DNA of 64,000 nucleotides, taken from assembly GCF_009914755.1 (NCBI RefSeq), contig NC_060946.1; one strand, 5' to 3'. The position numbers and the translations under genes were made by a program. The notes below the pieces were generated by a model. That model saw only the letters and a program-made list of their open reading frames with translations. It had not been told where the DNA came from and did not search any database. The stretch is from the human T2T-CHM13v2.0 reference genome, Homo sapiens. Shown one piece after another: positions 1 through 14,827 of this stretch; position 1 is the first letter of the stretch; each line of letters begins with the position of its first letter.

Positions 1-219
1 CCCCTGTGGTTTCCCCAAAGGAACACACTGAAGTCTAAAGTCCCAGTCCCTAACGTTGTGCCCAACACCAATGTTAGCTTCAGTAAAGAATTACTAAATG
101 AATGCATGCATAAACGGATGAATGAGAAAACATAATAATGCTACAAGAAGAGAAGGAAAAAAGTTCTTTGTGCATAAATTTGGTGTATAGCATTCCCTAG
201 CTTTACTCAGCCACCACAG

Positions 220-930
<711 letters not shown>

Positions 931-1794
931 ACTATATTACCTCTCAAAAATTCTCCCAGCCTTAATAGTTCCTTTAATGGTTCCTGGAGGAATGTGCTTG
1001 AACACTGGAAGGCATGGGGACTACTAAAACCCCTCCTCCTCCCTGCACCTGCACTGCAATCAGATGAAAACTGATGACTGGCAGAAAAATCCAGCCACCA
1101 TCTGGCTGTTCAAGGACCCCTCCTGGGTGCTAACAGCATTGCCATTCAAGATAATGAAGATTAAAACCAACAGTGATCCAGGGGGACAGGTCCTCAGGAG
1201 GCAGCCCGGGTTGGAGTTAACCCATTCTGAGCCAAGGAGCTCCCAGTCATCCTAAGAAGAAACCACCATTCCCTACAAGGGTGAAGGCAGGAGGCAGACA
1301 AGGCCCCTGCTTGAGAGATTATAGATGACTTGTCCAAGGAAAGGATGAGATGGAAGCAAAAGTGCTTTGGCAAGATAATGTCTGTGGGAAGATGAGGAAT
1401 TCTCTCACAATGACAGATGTAACATACCATGTGCCCACCAGTCAACAAGGTCCTTTGGGCCGGGTGCCAACCATGCTCTCTGCTCATTTATTAAAGCAAC
1501 CGTGTGTGCTCCCACCGTGACACCCAAGGCCTGAGACCCATGGCCACTCTGTCTTCAAGAGACACTCCATCTGTAAAATTTACAGAGAGACACTGTCCAG
1601 CTAAATCAAATTCCATAAGCAAATGCTGACCACATTTGATTATAACATAAAACTTAGGGGAGCTCTACAGTGAAGAAGAAACCAACACCATGCAGATGCC
1701 GAGGCAAAGGGAGCTGGCTGCTGTCGAGTTCTTCCTTCCTTCCAGCTCACAGGTGAAGGAATTGTCAGGGACACATTTCCTCCAGGAGAGGCAG

Positions 1795-1975
1795 GAGGAA
1801 ATGGTTCAAAGCTGACTCTTGTGCCAGATGGCCTGCCTTTGAACTCCAGCTCTGCTACTTATCAGCTGTGTGACCTTGGACAATTTATTGAACATTTCCC
1901 TGCCTCAGTTTCCTCAAGGGTGAAATGAGGATGCAACAAGTATCTAACTCCTACGGTTACTGTGAGAATTAAACA
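1795..1975 (+). mobile_element. MIR SINE
   Basis: MIR core 'gctgtgtgaccttggacaatttattgaac...cctcagtttcctca...aaatgagga'. Confidence 0.8.
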
Positions 1976-2042
1976 CACCTCAAGCAAAGCTGATACAAGC
2001 AAGCTTATAGAGACTGGAAATGATGACAATGGCGGTGGTGGT

Positions 2043-2389
2043 TGTTCTCTTGGCCCACTCAGGCTACTTTAACTGAATACCATAGACTGGGTGGCTTATA
2101 AACAATTTCTCACAATTCTGGAGGCTGAGAAGCTTAAGATCAGGAAGCAGCAGATTCAGTGTCTGGTGAGGGCACCCTTGCTGCTTCACAGACAGCAGTC
2201 TTCTTGCTGTGCCCTCACGTAGAAGAAGAGGTGAGGGAGCTCTCTGAGGTCTCTTTATATAAAAGCATTAATCTCATTCATGAGGGCTCTGCCTTCATGA
2301 CCTAAGTGTCACCTAAAGGCCTAAACCATCACCTTGAAAGTTAGGTTTCCTATGGATTTTGCAGGGGCACAAACATTTGGTCCACAGCA
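2043..2389 (-). mobile_element. MaLR LTR, MLT1A-like
   Basis: 'ccatagactgggtggcttataaacaatttctcacaattctggaggctgagaag...ggggcacaaacatttggtccacagca' matches reverse MLT1A. Confidence 0.8.
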
Positions 2390-2445
2390 ATGTAGACGAC
2401 AATGGTGGTGATGACGATGATACTGCTCACATATTAGCAGATATT

Positions 2446-2606
2446 ATTTTTTTCTTTTTTCTTTTTTTTTTTTTTTGAGACGGAGTCTCGCTCTGTCGCC
2501 TAGCCTGGAGTGCAGTGGCACGATCTCGGTTCCTGGCCTCAGGTGATCCACCCGCCTCTGCCTCCCAAAGTGCTGGGATTACAGGCATGAGCCACTGCGA
2601 CCGGCT
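2446..2606 (-). mobile_element. Alu with large internal deletion (monomer-sized)
   Basis: Right-arm start is joined to left-arm end at ~2530; flanked by TSD attagcaga. Confidence 0.9.
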
Positions 2607-3086
2607 CATTAGCAGAGATTCTAAGGGTTCACAGGCAAAGTTGTGACACAAAAAAAGGAGTGTCAAGGAAAGAATTCGTAAAAAGTCCCTTCTGATCTTG
2701 CATGTGCGTGCATACATGCACCCCCCCTCTGCTTTGCCTTCCTGTTCCTCCAGAACACTCTGAAGACAGGAAGCCAGGGCCTGGAGAGCTGGAAGATGTC
2801 AGGTGAGAGGGCGGGGAGCCCTGCCGTGAGGACGGAGTGGGAGGCTCATCGGAAGCTGCCTCTTCTCCTCTTGCCCTAGGACCGATGCCTGCCCAGGTCC
2901 CTAAGTGGCCCCTGGGGCCAGAGGAGCACTCTCAAGCCACTCACAGTGGCTTCCCAAAACCAGCGATTGGATTGGAAAAGTATTCCTAAGTTTTTAAAAA
3001 AAGATAACTGGACAAGAACTTGCAGTTTGCAAACTCAGACATAGACATACCACTAGCAAACAGTGGAAGCTACAGGGTCAGGTCCT

Positions 3087-3108
3087 AACACAACACACAC
3101 ACATGCAT

Positions 3109-3150
<42 letters not shown>

Positions 3151-3157
3151 ATACACA
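3087..3157. repeat. (CA)n microsatellite
   Basis: Direct reading. Confidence 0.95.
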
Positions 3158-3581
3158 GACTTGAGCCTCCAAAGAGGATAACGTTCAAGCTGCTTGGCCT
3201 AGCACACAAAGCCCCTCCCAGCCTGGCCCAGGCGTAATCCCGAGGCAACCACTCCACCTTTCCAAGTCGTAAGCTTCTGGACATGGGTAGTAACAGCCCT
3301 AGAATAATGCTCTCTTTCACACCTCAAACGTTTCTCACCTTTCTGTTCCTGCAGTTCCCACTGGCTGCAAAGCCCTCCCTTCTTCCTTTCACCCAGCTAA
3401 CACCAACTCAGCTTTCAAGATTCAGGAATCAAACATCTCCCTGGAAGCCTCTAGTCAGTGGCCCCTTTCCTGGGCTCCCATAATACCGTGCTTTTCTTAC
3501 TGGAGTACCTTCAGCATGAGTCCTGGCACCTATCAGTCATAATGACCAGATTCCTAGGAAGCTCAAACATGCAGAGCTCAC

Positions 3582-3709
3582 TTAGCTCGAGCTCCAGAAC
3601 CAGAAGACAGCACACAGCCATCTTCCTCTCTCATGTATGGAGTCCCATTCTCATCGGTGAAAAGTCCCAGACAGCAAAGCCCAAGCCCGAGGTACCCTGT
3701 GAGCTCTGT
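3582..3709 (-). other. Candidate 128-nt cassette exon of a minus-strand transcript
   Basis: Minus strand: strong acceptor 'ttctgttcctgatctgtcttgttctttag|ACA' and donor 'TAA|gtgagc'; one frame is open (TELTGYLGLG...). Confidence 0.25.
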
Positions 3710-4614
3710 CTAAAGAACAAGACAGATCAGGAACAGAACTGAGAGGGAATGGAGGTACAGAGGTCCAAAACACAACTGGAGGGCCCATGGGACAAACTCG
3801 AGCCTTAACACACTGTCAGTGTTAAGGGACAGTGCTGTCAGTGCTGTCAGTGACCAAGGGAGCCTGGACCCAGAGCCCCCAGGCTTCACGCAAGCTGTGG
3901 CTTGGACCCTCCAATACAGGCCTCAACAGCATGGAAGTCAGGAAGGGTCGATTAAGATGGGGCAACCCCAGAGGGCTCGGAATCAGCTGACTGTACCCAC
4001 TGTGCATAGGCTGTTTAAGCTGCAGCCCCAGACTTGCTACTGGCTGGGGCTCCCAGCTGCCAGCAAAAAGATATCTTCCCTGGGAACCGGTCCAGCTCAG
4101 CAGGCAAGAGAGCACAGAGCCTGACACTGACTCTGGCACATGCTGTGTGGTCTGGCACATGCAGTTAACTGGAACTCTGGACTGAGGCCCAGGATCTATG
4201 TCCAGTATACAGTAAGCACTCAATAAGTGCTAAATGTTATTAGACGACTGTTGTTGGACTGGGCCAGACATGGCCTGGCAGGCACTACGGGCCCATCTGG
4301 TCTGAGGTGTGGTGACTGCCCTCAGGTGGGTAAACACAGGCCACAGTGATTCAGTAAGTCTCAGAGGCACCTGTGCCTTCATCCTTCGGGAGAACTGCAG
4401 GATGCCCCAGTGCAGGGGTGGCAGTCAACTCCAGAACCCCAAGAGCACTGTGCTCACCAAGCAGATGATGTCTCAGCCTGTAGAGGTAGCTGACTTTTAT
4501 TTATGTTTACCTTTTATTACATTATCTCCTCAATTAGATTTGAAACTAATGTAATACTGAAACATCTGAATGGCGGATTACCAATTATAAAGTCTAATCA
4601 AACCAGTGACCCTC

Positions 4615-5363
<749 letters not shown>

Positions 5364-5646
5364 TAGCAGAACACTGGAATTCGGGGAAGCTGAATAACTT
5401 ACTGGAGCCACTCAGCCACCGAGTGGGAAAGCTGGGATTCAAGGTAATAAAGCCTGACTCCTTCTATCACCAAGAATATAATACTTACTCAACTAATATT
5501 TGTTTAGCATCTATTATGTGATAAGGTCTTTTTAAGGGCTAAGGATACTACAGCAGCCAAAACGGACAAAATTTCTTCTCTAGTAGAGCTTTCAGACAAA
5601 TAGGGAGCAAAAATAATCATAATCAATAAAATATAAAATATGTACC

Positions 5647-6045
5647 TGTCAGGCCTCTGAGCCCAAGCTAAGCCATCATATCCCCTGTGACCTGCACGTA
5701 TACATCCAAATGGCCTGAAGTAACTGAAGAATCACAAAAGAAGTGAAAATGGCAGGTTCCTGCCTTAACTGATGACATTACCTTGTGAAACTCCTTCTCC
5801 TGGCTCATCCTGGCTCAAAAGCTCCCCCAGTGAGCACCTTGTGTCCCCCACCCCTGCCAGCTAGAGAACAACCCCCTTTGATTGTAATTTTCCACTACCT
5901 ACCCAAATCCTATAAAACAGCCCCACCCCATCTCCCTTCGCTGACTCTCTTTTCGGACTCAGCCCGCCTGCACCCAGGTGATTAAAAAGCTTTATTGCTC
6001 ACGCAAAGCCTGTTTGGTGGTCTCTTCACACGGACGCGAGTGAAA
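5647..6045 (+). mobile_element. HERV-H solo LTR (LTR7 family)
   Basis: Begins TGTCAGGCCTCTGAGCCCAAGCTAAGCC and ends ...CGCGAGTGAAA; TATAAAA ~5911, ATTAAA ~5981; perfect 5-bp TSD GTACC (5642-5646 / 6046-6050). Confidence 0.95.
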
Positions 6046-8582
6046 GTACCTTCGGCAATAACTGGAGGGTGGTAGGAATATGAGCAAGTTTTCTTTATCA
6101 TCCCATTCTATAGTTTTTACTATAAACATTTAAGATGAACAAAATTTTCTTTTAAAAAAGCCAAATGGTAAAAGTGAATTTTCAAGAGAGCACTGCTCAC
6201 TCCATTCACTGGTCTTTAAGTTTATGAAAAAAATCAGGCAGAGGCAAGTCATGAGCCCCAAGGAAAAGTTTCTATCATGTTAATATGCCTCAGCGACAAA
6301 GCTACAGCTTTAGAAATGATACAGTTAGCATTTCCCATGCAGGATAATTTTTGCTCTAAAGTTTGAGGCCAAAGCTATTTCAAAGAATAACCATGTTCAG
6401 AGAAATGGATTTTGTTTCTCTTCACCCAGATGAGAATTCACACAATGGCTAGCACTCTCCACCAGGGAAAATTCTTGCAAAACTGGATGGAGCTGAATTT
6501 CACTTTATTGCTGGTGCTTATGCAGAAATTATTATTACATGTTCATAAGGGCTTTATGGTGGTATAATATTTTACTGCTAGAGAAGCATTCACACAATAT
6601 GTGGCATTTTTAAGTGTCCTGTCATTTACAATTCTACACTTTGGAGTCTGTAAAGGCAGGCAAGTCTTTGCAAACCTCCTGTGATTTTCAACTCCCTGGA
6701 CAGCTTGGCACTGTCTCAGCAGGGATTAACTGCACTGCTGCCTGCAATAGAGGCTGCAAGGACTTCCTAGTTCTATAACCCTCCAAGAGTGTGAGGTGCT
6801 TTCACAGTCATGTTAATTAATGCATCGGATGGCATTCAGGATAAAAACCGAAATTCAGCAGCATTCCCCAGGCTGGTGGATCTGAGCTGCCTAACAGAGA
6901 CAGGTGAGAAATGACATTTGAGAGCCTGGCAATATCCTCAAGCACTCACTTATTCATGCTAAAGACTTGCTGGCACTAACTGCGGCCTATTTGGAAAGTC
7001 GTTATAACGAAGAGCTAAGTTAGAAGCCAGGTTCTCCAGCTCACCTGGCATGGATAAATGTCCAAATTCCAAGCTTCCTTTTATCATCTTTAAAATAGGG
7101 GAAATTGAGGCATACGGTTAAAGCAGTCCTGAAATAAAATCGAGCATGTGAGGTCTGGGTCTGGAACCTAACACACATTAGGCGTTAACTACCAGAATGA
7201 GCAAAGTCACTGCTAATCAGGAAAAAGATCCAGATGAAGCCAGTAGTTATAGCAATCACTCCATTCCTCTTCCTCCCAACTGTATTAGCTCCGGTTTAGC
7301 TTGACTTTACAAAGTCAGAAACAGCTCTGAACCCATAAATGGGATTCTGTAAAGCTCCAGATTTTGCATTCAAAATTCTGTGTGCATACATGTACACAAA
7401 CAAGCACTTCTGGGGAAGAGGCCACATTTCAAGAGACTGTCAAAGGGATCCGTGACCAGGAAAGGTTGACAGTGACTAGAGTGCAGTCCAGTTCAGCCTG
7501 CTTCCTACAGAGCTGGTGTGATGGAAAGGAAAGACAGTGGAGGCAGATGGTTCCAAAGTTTAAATTCTGGCTCTGGCCCCCATTCACTAGTTGATCCTAG
7601 GGGAGCTCTCTACCTCTCTGAGCATGGTAGCTCCTATGTAATATGGGAAAATGGAAGCAAGACCACCAGTTGCAGAGTTATTAGGAGGATTAAATACAGT
7701 AACAAATGCCTGGCACACAATGGTGTCAACTGTGTTAGTCTCCCCATTCACAGTCCCTGCCAGAAAACTGGAAGGTTCCCTCAGGCCAGCAGGACCAAGG
7801 ACCAGCCTTGTCATATTTTTTTGTCCATTTGCTTCCTGCACACCAAGAACCCTGCAACTTCTACAACTGCTGTACCAGACCAGGCCCGATCTCACTTATC
7901 TAGGTTTGTGACCCATTTAAGGTTCAATGTTCCCTCTGTTCCCACCAAGTTCCACACCCAGGCATCTCAGCTGCATTCCATGGCTTCGAGTGGCAGCCCA
8001 AGGTAGAAAAAGAATGAGCTTCAGCAACAAGCCACCTGGGTTCAAGCCTCAGTCCTCTCATTTCCTAGCTGGTGACCTAGACCAGTAACTTAACCCTTCT
8101 GTGATTCAGATTTTTTATCTGTAAAATAGGGATGGCCATCATTATCTACCTTACTGGAAAAAAAAAAAAAGAATTAATCCATGTAAAGTGTGAGGCCAAG
8201 ACCTGGAACACTGTAAGTACCAACTACCATTATGACCTGATCACAAGAAACAGAGACTCAATAAGCCAGTTCAGATAATAGCAGTTTACCATGAACATAC
8301 TGAGAACGAAAAGGGAGATGGGCCGTGCATGAATCCCAGAATAGTAACTGTAGTACAACCAAGCAATATAGAAGAAAGTGGCTAGAACCCAGGCAGCACA
8401 CGGGACCTCCATGTGGGAGAGTGAGCTTCGCCTCCAGCTAACTCTATAAGATCTGGCCCTGCTTTCTCCAGCCTCTTGTCCCACTGCTACATCCATGATT
8501 GTGATTGAAATGCCAAAGGCACAGGGATTTTGCAATACTTTTAATTTATGGGCAGTGAAATTTAATTTTCACATGCCACTCC

Positions 8583-8750
8583 ATATATATATATATGGAG
8601 TAGAGAGTATTACATATACACACACACACACACACACACCTATACATACATACATATGTGTACATATGGATACGAACAGGATATATACACACACACATAT
8701 ATAGTATACATATATGTGTTTATATATACATGTGTGTATGTATATATATC
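8583..8750. repeat. Compound (TA)n/(CA)n microsatellite
   Basis: Direct reading. Confidence 0.9.
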
Positions 8751-9262
8751 CTGTCCTGTCTCCCCCTGCAACATTACGAATTTTTTAACAACAAACACTT
8801 TCATGCATGCCCTAACATCTTCAAGAAAGGCTAATTCAAGTGGAGAGAGACCAGGACCAAAAGGATTGTGAGAGACAAACGTAACCATTGAAAACAGAGA
8901 AAAAGCAAGCAGCCTAAGTGAAAAGCATTTGTAAACCGTGAAAACCCTTGTGAGAGTCAGCTACATAGATGACTATGATCATCTGAGTCCATGAGGCATC
9001 TTCAGGATGCCTCGGAAGAAGAGCTGACCCAGGTGAGTGTGTTCGTATCAAACAGCTGCAGGTAGGGCTGAAGCCTATGGCCAGAGCCGGCTCTCAATGA
9101 GAACTTCAAGAGGCTCTGCCCCAAATGAGCCTCAGGTGTGCTAAGGTGGTGCCTTCAGCCCCAGGCCAGCAAGATATCTTCCACTTATCCCAGTACACTG
9201 AACAAACATTATCATTTTCCACAAAGTTTCAGGGTGGGAAAGTTGAGGATATTCTACTTTAG

Positions 9263-9555
9263 AACACGGGCCAGCAAAATTTTTATGTGTAAGGTGAGAT
9301 AGTAAATCACGTAAGCTCTGCATGCCATACTTTCTCTCTGGCAACTCGCAATCACTGTAGTAGGAAAGCAACCACAGATAAGAGGAAACAGGCATGGTTG
9401 TGTGCCAAGAAAACTTAATTTATGGACAGTGAAATTTAATTTTCACGTGCTACAGAACAGTACTCTTGTTTTGATTTTTTTGGACACTTTAAACATGTAA
9501 AAGCCATTCTTAGCTCATGGGCTAAAGGAAGACAGACTGGCCCACAGAATGCAGA
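9263..9555 (+). mobile_element. hAT-Charlie DNA transposon, MER58B-like
   Basis: 'gggccagcaaa...gatagtaaat...aaagcaaccacag...tttatggacagtgaaattt...aaagccattcttagctcatgggc'. Confidence 0.75.
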
Positions 9556-9714
9556 CTCTTGCTCTCAATCATTACCCCTACACAATCTCTAGTAACATGG
9601 AACTTCAAGCTTCTGACATTCTATGTGGGGACTATGGCTGCTGAAATCTCGTCTATTCAATCTTCAGTGACTCATACAGCCACTAGGATCTCAAAAAATG
9701 TGTTTTAAAAAATT

Positions 9715-10004
9715 GGACAGGTGTAGTGGCTCATGCCTGTATTCCCAGCACTTTGGGAGGCCAAGATGGGAAGATTCCTTTAGGCCAAGAGTTTGAGACC
9801 AGCCTGAGCAACAGGGCAAGACCCCATCTCTAAAAAAAGTTTAAAGATTAGCTGGATGTTGTTGAGCATGCCTGCAGTCCCAGCTACTTGGGAGGCTGAG
9901 GCAGGAGGATCACTTGAGCCCAAGAGTTTGAGGCTGCAGTGTGAGCTATGATTGTGCCACTGCACTCCACCCTGTCCCCAGCAAAATAAATAAATAAATA
10001 AATA
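9715..10004 (+). mobile_element. Alu (AluJ-type)
   Basis: AluJ diagnostics 'ggaggatcacttgagcccaagagtttgaggctgcagtg'; (AAAT)n tail. Confidence 0.93.
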
Positions 10005-10402
10005 ATTGTCCTTTAGCGATTTCTATCCTAATAAAACATCTTTGGCAGTAGATCACCACTGCGTTCTGGAACAGTCCGTCCTACTGGTGGGGAGTTCCAG
10101 AGGTTAAAAGTTCTTCCTGAGATGATGTTCATCTCCCTCACTCCCCCAAAGGCTCCTGGGTCTCCCTGATTGTGTCTGCAGAATTAATCCAATCCATCTT
10201 ACCCGTGACGGCTCTCCACGTTTTTTGTTTATATCAGGGAGGAAAAAAATGAAAGGAATGAACTACTCCCATAATAGAAAAACCTTTGCCAGGAGAGGAA
10301 GTGAATGTAGAATTTCTGATAGAAACCAATGCTTTTACCTAAACAGTGGCTTCAGAAATAGCCCAGTCCATAGACCCACCAAAAAGTCAAGAAATAATTT
10401 AG

Positions 10403-10818
10403 GATATTAGTTCATTTTTGCATCGCTAGAAAGAAATTCCTGAGGCTGAGTAACTTATAAAGAAAAGAGGTTTAACTGGCTCATGGTTCTGCAGGCTTGT
10501 ACAAGAAGCATAGCACCCACATCTTCTGCACTTCTGGAGAGGGCCTCAGGAAACTTACAATCATGGTGGGAGGTAAAAGAGGAGCAGACACGTCACATGA
10601 CAAAAGTGGGAGCAAGAAAGAGGGAGGAGGTCTCAGATTCTTTTAAACAACCAGATTTCTCATGAGTAAGAACTGTTTCATCACCAAGGGGTCAGTGCTA
10701 ACCCATTCATGAGGAATCAGTCCCCATGATCTAATTACCTTCCACCAGCCCCATCTCCAACACTGTGGATTTCACTGCAACATGAGATTTGGAGGAGACA
10801 AACATCCAAACCATATCA
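10403..10818 (-). mobile_element. MaLR LTR, MST family
   Basis: 'ttataaagaaaagaggtttaactggctcatggttctgcaggc...acatccaaaccatatca'. Confidence 0.88.
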
Positions 10819-11989
10819 GCGAGAAAAAAGCATGTTTTCCTCAACCCCTGGCAGAGAAGATCCCCATTTACACATATGTTGGAACAAACAAATAAATAAC
10901 TGAACAAATAAGTGACCATATGTTAGCATGCCAATAGAGAACATTCTCATTCTACCGCAGCCTGTATAGATCACAAAAACAGAACAACTAGTGAGAATAA
11001 GATTTAGTAGCCTGAACAGTTAAAATATGAATGCTATGGGGACCAATTGATTCTTTGCTAAAATTCTTAATTTCCCTAGAGACAGACTGACTGCCTTCAA
11101 ATCACACGTTTACATGAAATAAAAAAATAAGAAAAGCGATTATTAACTACCTACCAGGTATGAGGCACTTTGACTTGCGTCACCTCATCTAACTTTCATG
11201 CATGCCTACTACAATGAACTATGCCCCTCATTGTTCCAGAGAAGATCACCTGGACCCAGGAAACGTGGGGGCTCCAGGCTTCAAACCCAGATGCATTCAA
11301 CCCTAAAGCCCAGGCACCTTCTGCTGTAGGAGACATAAAACCCTGCTGATCCCATTTACTTATGAAACGATCTATGGGCCAGATCATTAGAGAAAATGCC
11401 TCTAAAATGCCTCCGAATTGAAGGTGGTAAGAAACTATGTAAACCAACACAGGAAAATGAATACGCAGGAAATGCACACCCATACTAACTAGGTTTAGGA
11501 TTTTGCCCTACTTCATATTCAATTATAAAACTATTTGATTTAATAATATATGCAAAGCAGCACTGCACCAAATCGGCACCCCCTCAAGAAAATGCACATC
11601 CCCTCACTGTAAAATCTAGGAAAAATAATAGAATCCATGCATAAAAAGGGACCTAGTTTTTAAAAGACAAAAATGGTCATAAAAATGAATAAGAAATCCT
11701 GTTGCAGTTTTACTTCCTGTCTTTAAAAACTTTTTATACATACATTCTTTTAAAACTATTTTTGGAGACCAACTCACTTTGGCAAAATACTGAGAGTAAT
11801 ATAGTTTAATCTCTATTAGCTTGGAGCTGTGAAACTACATTGTTGATTTATTTCTCACACAGTCAAAATTTGGTGTGAAAGGTTCTAGCATCTTTTCTTG
11901 CAAATATCTAGTATTTTACCACTTTTAAAGTACTATTGGATCTATTGCCCTCCTTCATCTTTACAGCAACCCTAGATATAAGGTAAGTA

Positions 11990-12573
<584 letters not shown>

Positions 12574-12639
12574 TTCTGTTACTCTCATTTTTTTTTCCTC
12601 TTACAAATGTACAAAAAATGTTTCAGAGTTTTTGAGGGA

Positions 12640-13160
12640 GCTTTCCAATGAAAGTGACAGAAAATCCAACTCAAACTAATGCAGGCAAAATAAAGGACTG
12701 AATAGTTCACAATCTGTAAGGTCCAGAGGTGAATCTACCCTGTGGCAAGGTTTGATCTGGGTCCAGGAGATGGCCTGGTTCCTCTCCACCTCAGCTCTGC
12801 TCTCATCCACACGGACTTCATACTCAGATGCCATGCAGTAGCAAGACAGCTACTAGGTTGGATGTAGCTACAATATCCGCAGCTCCAACCTCTGAGTTCA
12901 AGGCCAGTGGGAAAGAACACACATACCTCTCAACAGCCCCAACAAAAGCCTCATCACATCTTGTGGGCTCCAACTAGGTCATGAAACCACCTCTAAGCCA
13001 ATTACTATAAGCCAGTATTAGGAATAATCTGAGTCCTATGTCTCCCCCTGAAGCCCTGCACAATATCATCTCCACCAAAGTCCATGGGCTAAAGGGTGGG
13101 TGTGAGTGTGGGTCTCCCTGGGAAAACTAAGCAGGGTGAATAAATACAAAGTCAGAAAGC
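12640..13160 (-). mobile_element. Old MaLR LTR (MLT1K-like)
   Basis: 'aagtgacagaaaatccaactcaaact...aggtccagagg...ctcagctctgct...ggctccaactaggtcatg'. Confidence 0.5.
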
Positions 13161-13379
13161 CAAGAGATCCTCAGCACAGGCTATGTGACTTGCCCTGAGT
13201 CACACTGCTACTAAGAGACAAAATCAGGACTCATGCACAAATCTCCTGGGACCGAGTACTCCAAAAATAGTGGCAAATTATTTTAAAGCACACGGGTGAA
13301 TCACAAAAAGTCCTCCAAACTGAACCTCTTGGTCACAAATAACAGTCTAAAATATTTAACAAACTGCCAACAGGACTTC

Positions 13380-13800
13380 AAAGAAAGCCACTTACAAAAT
13401 AGAAAGTTTGTAACATTAAACACAGTTACTGTTATCGAAATCGAAATCCCTTTATAGTTCTAAATGGTTCCTTACCATCTAGAAAGTCAGAACACTGTAC
13501 TCAAAAGTAAAAGCGAAAAGCTTTTTGATCTATTTTTGTCTCTACACGGACGTAAAGCACCGAATCCTATTTATTAAGTGCCTTCGACGCACGCTGTTGC
13601 TCTGGCGATTCGCAACTCGAAAATGACACTTACTATTCAGCTAGAGATTAGAATCTCAAGCAGTAGGGCATTTTTTAATAAAAAATTAAATTAAAAATAG
13701 ATTTGCCATTGTCTGCTTAATAAAACTAGTAGCTCTGCTGGCTTAGAGGGGAAATAACATATTTCTTCGGATTTTTATATATTCATCTGAGCAGTGCTAA
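13380..13800 (-). promoter_or_regulatory. Candidate conserved promoter/alternative first exon ending in ATG|GTAAG
   Basis: AT-rich unique block with ~12 CpGs in 13430-13625; minus strand ...ctgactttcTAG-ATG|gtaagg (ATG 13478-13476); second donor ATA|gtaagt at 13633; MEF2-type TTAAAAATAG at 13691-13700. Confidence 0.5.
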
Positions 13801-14018
13801 AAAATAAAACAAAGTTACTAATATTCATATCTTGAGCAATTGTACATTGCTTCTAACTATACATTCAATCTCTCTGGCACATCCACTGTGGCCCTGAGCA
13901 GCCAGTACAGGCTCTTCTACCAAAACGAAGCAAGCCACTCCAAAACCTGACGCGTGCAGGTGTCACGAAACACCAGGTGCAGCTTGACAGATGTGAGCCA
14001 AATAAGGAAACATTCAGC

Positions 14019-14192
14019 CCAGCACTGCCCAACAGTCATGATGTATATTTTCTACATCTGTGCTCTAAAATATGGTGGCCACTAGCTGCAGGTGGCTATT
14101 GAGACTAAGGAACTGTATTTTTAATTTTATTTCATTTCAACTCATTTAAAGTAGCCACATGCCGCTAATGGCTACTGATCTAGAGGGCAGCT
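14019..14192 (+). mobile_element. hAT-Charlie MER3-like
   Basis: 'aatatggtggccactagc...gtggctattgag...aagtagccacatg'. Confidence 0.7.
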
Positions 14193-14265
14193 GGGATGTC
14201 ACTCTTGAGAATGTCTCCAGCATTTTACCTGTTGCTCTCTCTCACTCACATTTCCCATTCTAGCA

Positions 14266-14308
14266 CAAACAAAACAAAACAAAACAAAACAAAACAAAAC
14301 AAAAAAAC
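14266..14308. repeat. (AAAAC)n microsatellite
   Basis: Direct reading. Confidence 0.9.
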
Positions 14309-14515
14309 CACAACACCTACAGTTCTCCAAACAGGGCATCTGTTTTGTTCCTCTGGGGGGGTCCTGTCTATGTTGTTCACGTGGCCCTGGATTTCCATAC
14401 TCCTAGCCTTCCTGGAAGACATCCTTTTCATCCTCACAACCCAACCCAGGCTTTATCTCTTCTGTGAAGCTGTCCTTGATTTTCCGTTCTATCTTCCCTG
14501 CTTGTGAATGGGTCA

Positions 14516-14827
<312 letters not shown>

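Noticed and set aside
13380-13720. Assigning a specific host gene symbol
   Set aside because: No recognisable coding exon lies in the window; any name would be a guess without a genome search.
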